Part shown: positions 8,598-14,799 of the stretch, piece by piece
How the letters are laid out: every line of letters starts with the position of its first letter
Position numbering within the stretch: the first letter of the stretch is position 1
Assembly: GCA_043228905.1 (NCBI GenBank)
Contig: JBHGNT010000837.1
Location: 1 to 14,799 of the forward strand
Reading direction: 5' to 3'
DNA: 14,799 nt
From: Azolla caroliniana
Lineage: Eukaryota > Plantae > Polypodiophyta
The notes under the pieces: generated by a model
The model's input: the letters and a program-made list of their open reading frames with translations, nothing else
Told to the model about the DNA's origin: nothing
Databases searched by the model: none
Program-made: the position numbers and the translations under genes

Positions 8598-11500
8598 GTG
8601 AGGGTTAAGAACCTCTGCAGCCAACATCAGCATTAGAAGACTCGGTAAGAACAGAAAGAGAAGTAATGGACAAAAGAATGGCTAGCTCGCTCCCGGTGGA
8701 GAAGCTCAACAGATCCAACTACGCACCTTGGTCATACAAGATGCACCAGTACCTGCTTGGGCATGGGTATTAGAGCTATGTCGATGGAGCTAACAACATA
8801 GCACCTGATGCAGCACACAAGGACTTCCCAGTGTGGGAACAAGCGGCAAGTACAATGATGTACTGCTTCGTGTCCAATGTCGGAGACCAACGGCTAAGCC
8901 ATATCCGAGATGCCAAGACGCCAAAAGAAGCTTGGCGAAACCTGAAGAAGGTTTTCATCGCAAGCACAACGGTCAGGAAGTTGTAGCTCAGGTAGGAGCT
9001 CAACAATGTCCGACAGAAAAATATGTCTATGGCCGATTACACGGCTCGAATCAAGGAAATTTGTGACTCACTCGCCTCCGTCAATGTGAACGTCGAGGAG
9101 GACGAGATGGTGAAACTGTGTCTTGGTGGGCTAGCGTCCAAGTTCGGAGCTTTCCGAACGGCTGTCTATACGAGGGAGAATATGCCGTCATTTTTCGACC
9201 TATAGTCGATGCTCCTTGTAGAGGAGAACCATGCCGGTGCGTCAACAAGTGCACCCACCGACAGCCGGATGCTGTACACGGAGGCGGATCGGCCTCGTGG
9301 GTGTGGTGGACGAGGTGTGTCAGCTCGCAATGGTAGCGGCCGGCAACAACAGGATCGAAGGCACAGAGAACGTGCCGACAGTAGTTCCGGACCCTCCACA
9401 AGCAGGGGGAGTCAAGGTGGCGCCGGAGGCAGGCAAGCAAAGGCCGACACGGAATGTTGGTACTATGGTAAAAAGGGCCACAGAGAAAGCGAGTGCTGGA
9501 AAACGCGCGCCGATTCGAACAAATTCGGATCCGGCAAAGCTGGCAGAGAGAACTGGCAATACTCGCACTACGCAGAAGGATCAGGAGGATCCAAAACCGG
9601 AAAAGCCGGTAAAGGGCCAACCTTGGTGGTGAAACATGAGGCTAAATTGATGAAGAAAACCACTTCCAAATTGGAGGAAGTGTGGTATGTCGATTCCAGT
9701 GCGTCGAATCACATGACGAGCCACAAAGAGTGGTTCTCCTTCTTGGAGAAACCGGAACAACCGGGGGTCGTTGAAACCGGAGATGACACTCCTCACCCAA
9801 TCGTGCATGTCAGAGAAGTCCCTTTGAGCCACGTCAGACAGAGGGGGAAGCTGATGAACGTATTACACGTCCCGACCATCACGAAGAACCTGGTGTCGGT
9901 TGGACAGATAGTTGACTAGGGGATGCAGGTGCGGTTTACGCACCTCGGGTGCTTCATCGAGGAAGAGGGCCAGATTATTGTGCAAGGGCGCAGAGACGGG
10001 AGGATGTTCATCCTCGACACCAATGATATAGGCACCGCTTTGTTCTCCAAAGGACAGAATATTGAATCGGATATTGATCTTTGGCACAAGCAAATCGGCC
10101 ACGTCAATTACCGGAGGCTTCAAGACCTGCAAACGAAACAAGTTGTTTTCGGTTTACCGAAGTTCAATGGCCGGAAGGTCCAAATATGTGAAGCCTACAC
10201 CCTCGAGAAGCAACATCGGCTTCCATTCCCCACCGAACGAAACCGTAGCCGTAACAAGCTCGACCTTATTCATTCGGATGTATGGGGACCGGCACAAAAC
10301 GTTAGTCTTGGCGGGAGTCGGTATTTCGTCTCCTTCATCGATGACTACAGCCGGCATACATGGATCTACCTCATTGAGCAGAAGAGCGAAGTCTTCGAGT
10401 GTTTCCGGAACCTGCAAAGACTGGTTGAACGGGAAACGGAGAGGAAGATCAAGTGCCTGCGGTCAGATGGCTGAAAAGAATATTTTTCCGGCCAATTCAA
10501 TAGTTATCTGTAGCAAAAAGGAATTCGAAGAGAGTTCAGCTGCAGATACACACTGGAGCAAAACAGTGTGGCCGAGAGGAAGAACCGGTCAATTGTCGAT
10601 GCGGCAAGGGCAATGCTGGAAGAGAAGAGCATGCCCCATTTCTACTGGGCGGAGGCGGTCCGGACGACCGTCTACATCCAAAACCGGATCGGTAACAAGG
10701 TGTCCGCGCATGAGCTATATTTCGGGTGCAAGCCGAATTTGAGACACCTTCGGATATTCGGTAGCATTGCATATGTGCATGTGCCGGATGAGAAGCGGAG
10801 GAAGTTGGATGCAAAGTCGGAGAAATGCATCCTAGTCGGTTACTCGCATGAGCAAAAGGGGTATAAGTGTTATAACCCCCGGACGAAGCAGGTCCAAGTT
10901 AGCCGGGATGTTGAGTTTGATGAGACGACATCATGGTATGCCTTACCAGCTTCGACTTCTAACCCCGACCCGATACGGAAGGATGAGGCTAGTGAGCCTG
11001 AACCGGCCTAGATAGAAGATGAAGACCTCGGCACTCTAAAAGAGAGTCCGATCTCATTTCGGATAAGTGGACCGAATGAGCGGTTGAGTCGGGATGACCA
11101 ATCGGATGAGGAACCGGCGAGTAGTGGAGACTCTATCGTGCTCTCCCCACGCAAGGAACTGAGGAGACGGTTCACGCGCAACGAGAAGGGGAAGAAGAAG
11201 ATGCCAACTGGCAACGTTGAGTCAGATCAGAGCGAATCCGACTCCGGTAAGGAAGAAGGCAGATTTTCGGGAATGAAGTCCGAACCGGCCAAGAAGGGCC
11301 TCAAACCGGGTAACAGTAGATTATGTCAGTCTTCCCGCCAGAAGAACCTCATGAAGTGGTACAAGTACAATGAGTACATGGCGCATCATTATGCGTACTC
11401 ACCAAGGTGGCGGAAGTGCGTGAGCCAGAGAGCTACGCAGAAGAAGCAAAGGACGCAAATTGGCGTGCTGCTATGGAGGAAGAAATGCGAGCACTTGATG

Positions 11501-12436
11501 CCAACGACACATGGGACCTAGTTGACCCTCCCCGATTCTATAAACCGATCGGATGTAAGTGGGTGTACAAGGTAAAGTACAATATCGATGGTTCAATTAA
11601 CCAGTACAAGGCCCGGTTAGTGGCACTACGAGAGACCTTCACTGCGGTAGCAAAGATGACTACGGTTCGTGTGATGCTGGCGGTTGCTGCGGCAAGGGGG
11701 TGGCATCTTCACTAAATGGATGTGAAGAATGCATTTCTTCAAGGCGATCTTGAAGAAGAGGTCTTTATGATCCAACCCCCTGGTTTCTAGTTGGAGATGA
11801 ACAAGTCGGCGGTATGCCAATTGAAGAAGTCACTTTATGGCCTGAAGCAAGCCCCCCGAGCTTGGAATGCCAAGATTACGCACCGGTTGCGTAAGATGGG
11901 GTTTACAGCTTCCAAGTTTGACTCTTCGTTGTTCATTTGGCAAGGTGCGGACGGTCCGGTTTGCATCTCGTTGTATGTTGATGATCGAGTCATCACCGGA
12001 CACGGACTCGATGAAATCAACCGAGTCAAGTCCCAACTGTTGGATGCATTTGAGATGAAGGACCTGGGGGACCTTCACTATTTCCTTGGGATCGAGGTGA
12101 TCCGAACCCCCGACGGCATATTGCTCTCACAAAGGCACTATGTGTTGAATATGTTGTACAAGTTCGGCATGACGGAATGCCGACCGATATCCACACCCTT
12201 GGACCGGAACCAGAAGCTCCGTTCCGACTCCAGACTGGCCTACGATGAGAAGTTGTTTCGACAAATCGTCGGAAGCCTTATATAATCATCCGACCCGACA
12301 TCAGTTATGCGGTTGGCGTGATCAGCCAATATATGCAGAAGCCAATCGTGGAGCACCTTCTGTGCGCGCATCGAATTTTGCGATATGTGAGCGGCGCGAA
12401 GGAACGTGGACTGTTATACCAGCATGGTATAACCGA

Positions 12437-13236
12437 TGTCGCGTTGTTACACGCGTGCGTGTAGAAGGGCGGGACCACGGGGGTCTCGGACGAGGGAAGA
12501 AGGGAAGCCGAGAAGACGATTCCGGACGCGTTCCGGAAGCAACAGAACGAGAGAGAGAAAGAGAGAGAACGCGCGCTTGAAACCGACTCACACACACACA
12601 CACACATGCACCGCGCCGACCCAGCTCGCGCCCTTATGTACAGAAACAGAGGTAAGAGAACACCAAAACACCCACACAGACACCGATACGCAAAAACCTC
12701 CACACATATATTACAAGAATAAGATACAATACGAGCATCGAGCCCGACCTAAGTAGCTCAGGTTGCAATAGTCGTCTACTGCCAAGCCGCCGGTCGGGGA
12801 GCTCTCGGTCTCGTCGCGCCGAGCAGGGTCTTGCACAGAGGACAGGCAGACAACGGAAACGCTAGATGCCAAGGCTTGACACACAGAACGACGAAGAGGA
12901 AGAAGCAGAGGAAAAAAAAGAAACCCTAAAACCGGGGGAAAAGAAAGAGGAAGAGAGAACGTTTCTTCCTCTAACGGTATACCCTACTACCAAAATGGGC
13001 AACCCCTTCACAAGAGGCGCTCCCTTCCTTTTATAGAACAAGGAGGGAGATGCGTTACAATGTGGGATAAATCCCAACTTACATGGGATTCTTTGTCCCG
13101 ACTTGACTACTCTTCGGCGCCATAAAGGCGCCCTCGTTATTCACACTAAATGTACAAGGGTGAGCGCACATGCTGCACCCCGCCGATGTAGCCAATATTT
13201 CCCGGTTTCCGCTTCTGGCCGAAATTCTTCACGACA
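12437..13236 (-). mobile_element. Solo LTR (element C, 800 bp) inserted in the RT/RNase H junction of B
   Basis: Termini TGTCGCG...CACGACA (imperfect inverted repeat), flanked by CCGA at 12433-12436 and 13237-13240. Removing it restores HGITEELVGYTDADW. No coding domains. TATAAAA on the minus strand at 13035-13029 suggests reverse orientation. Confidence 0.88.
12549..12606. repeat. (GA)n and (CA)9 microsatellites in solo LTR C
   Basis: Interrupted GA tract at 12549-12568; CA tract at 12589-12606. Confidence 0.9.
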
Positions 13237-13613
13237 CCGAAGAGCTAGTCGGCTACACTGATGCCGACTGGGCCGGCGATGCATTGAATTGCCGATCCAC
13301 CTCCGACTATATGTTTTCCCTTGGTAGCGCAACTGTTGCGTGCAACAGCAAAAAGAAGCCAATAGTGGCCCTCTCAAGCACTGAGGCTGAATATCGGGGC
13401 ACTACCGTTGCCACCTGTGAATCCATTTGGCTTCGGCGACTACTGCAAGACCTGCGGATCGAGGTGCCGACCCCAATCCTGATCTATTGCGACAACATAA
13501 GCAGCATGTAGCTCGCCAAGAATCCTGTATTCCATGCTCGCACAAAGCACATAGAAGTGCACTACCAGTTTATGCGTGAGCGTGTCTTGAGCGATGAAGT
13601 CGAACTTCAGTAG

Positions 13614-14799
13614 GCTACGGTTCTTCCTTCGCGCTTACCTCCCCGTAGGCTCGTTCGACCCGTCGATGGGTCCTTCACCGCGATCTCCGTAGTACGCGTA
13701 CTTCAACTGGCCGTTGTTCGGCCGTATGCACGCTCCACTCTTCGCCGTATGCCTAATGTCCTCCGCTTGAGGAATTCCCGTAGTGGCCTGCTTGGCCTCC
13801 GTTGACCATTCGTGTTGTCCGGATTGCCGTCCCGTGTTGTTTCGCGCTGCCTTCGTCGCCACCTTCCTTCTCCTTGGTCTTACGTTGCCACATCGGCTCA
13901 GACCACCAAGGTCTTTGGAACTGTGTGGAGGATCCTTCTCCGGTCTTCTACGCGCGACCACCGAACCGTGCAACCCATTCTTCGCGCTCGCCTTTCCGCT
14001 CCGGCACCTCCGTGTGCCACATATCCTCGTCCGTTGTTTGGCACTGCATGTGCCGCACTCCGGTTCTTTGCACGCCTTGTCGGCCCCTTTCCCGACCAGA
14101 TCGTGCATCGCCGCTCATCCGCATACCGGTGTCCTCCGCATCCGAGGAACACCCAGTAGTAGCCCGATTGGCCCTTCCCATTTCGCGTTGCTGCAACAGG
14201 TTCTGAGTCTTCTGCTTGTCATCGTCCCCTCGCCCCCACCAGCTTGTCATCCCGGGCTTGCCATGTCAGTCTTCGCTACTCTAACTGAGCTGCCGAGATC
14301 TACGAAGCGAGTGTGGAGGATCCTCCTCCGGACTCCCTTGTCATTCCTTGACTCCGACCCTGTGCAGTCCACTATGCACCCTTCACTTTCTTCCCGGCAC
14401 CTCCCTTGTGCCGTCTTCCGCTTCCTTTGTTCGGCACCGCCCGTGCCGAACACCGTCCCGTATTCACGCTTCGATTCGGCCCACGATGGCCACTTGTGAG
14501 ACTCTTGTTCCGTCCCAGGTGTGCCTTTCCGGCCCGACACACCTCCCCGTGTTTGCCCCTATTGGAACTTCGTTCGCCCCCTTCTTACCGACTCCCGATC
14601 CGCTATCTCGTGTCGTCGGGTCCCGTTCCCTGCCGCCACCGTCCTTCTCCCTAGGTCTCACGCCGACTCCCGTTAGCCGGCCGCCGGAGTCTCCGGATCG
14701 GTGTGAGGGTCCCATAGGATCGGACTCCGTTTCTCTGCTTGCCGAAATTCAGGTGTCTTTTACCAGAGTCCTTCGCGACTCTCCTCGTGTCTTCCGCGT
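13614..14799. repeat. GC-rich degenerate tandem array (~388-bp period, about 3 units), probably an internal non-coding part of another retroelement
   Basis: gtgtggaggatcc at 13923 and 14311, gtgtgagggtcc at 14701; ccggcacctcc at 14001 and 14394; gtcctccgc at 13758 and 14131; gccacc.tccttctcc at 13858 and 14635; strong pyrimidine skew on the + strand. Confidence 0.7.

Larger units (their letters stand above)
8165..13613 (+). mobile_element. Ty1/Copia LTR retrotransposon B nested in A; degenerate, 3'-truncated
   Basis: Starts TGTTGA immediately after A's GAA ACT codons; LTR, PBS and the full gag-PR-INT-RT-RH order; no PPT or 3' LTR in the window. Confidence 0.92.
8666..13613 (+). pseudogene. 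gag-pol: Copia gag-pol polyprotein pseudogene (element B), split by the solo LTR at 12437-13236
   Basis: MASSLPVEKLNRSNYAPWSYKM (gag); CWYYGKKGHRESEC (degenerate knuckle); WYVDSSASNHMT (protease); HSDVWG..FIDDYSR..RSDG..AERKNR (integrase DDE); GCKWVYKVK, DVKNAFLQG, KSLYGLKQAPRAW, YVDD at 11974-11985 (RT); YTDADWAG, SSTEAEY, YCDN, HARTKHIEVHY (RNase H); more than 10 premature stops and frameshifts near 11400 and 12285. Confidence 0.95.

Noticed and set aside
9081-10814. Alternative-frame and antisense ORFs (179 aa, 226 aa and others) over B
   Set aside because: Shadows of the GC-rich gag-pol frame with no independent motifs.
12245-13077. ORFs in element C (e.g. 12305-12703, 12436-12756)
   Set aside because: Low-complexity translations of GA/CA tracts within an LTR.
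13783-14499. 238-aa ORF and many overlapping ORFs on both strands
   Set aside because: No recognisable domain, non-ATG start, and a GC-rich repeat is naturally poor in stop codons; most likely spurious.
13614-14799. CRISPR-like array
   Set aside because: Units are long, degenerate and similar throughout, with no constant repeat/unique spacer structure; the context is eukaryotic.

Overview
Eukaryotic (land-plant) nuclear DNA, not bacterial. Left part (737-5721, minus strand): the first nine exons of an intron-containing murD gene (UDP-N-acetylmuramoyl-L-alanine:D-glutamate ligase) with an N-terminal plastid transit-peptide-like extension, i.e. a component of chloroplast peptidoglycan synthesis. 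The 3' exons lie beyond position 1. About 180 bp upstream of its ATG begins a nest of decayed LTR retroelements. Copia element A (LTR, PBS, gag to mid-integrase) is interrupted at 8164/8165 by Copia element B (LTR, PBS, gag-PR-INT-RT-RNaseH with many CAG>TAG stops). B is interrupted by an 800-bp reverse-oriented solo LTR with a 4-bp TSD and is cut off at ~13613 by a GC-rich degenerate ~388-bp tandem array. Two ~190-bp-period degenerate duplications lie in murD introns. I found no evidence of a wholly new protein-coding system. The most interesting points are the plastid peptidoglycan gene and its unusually tight coupling to an LTR.
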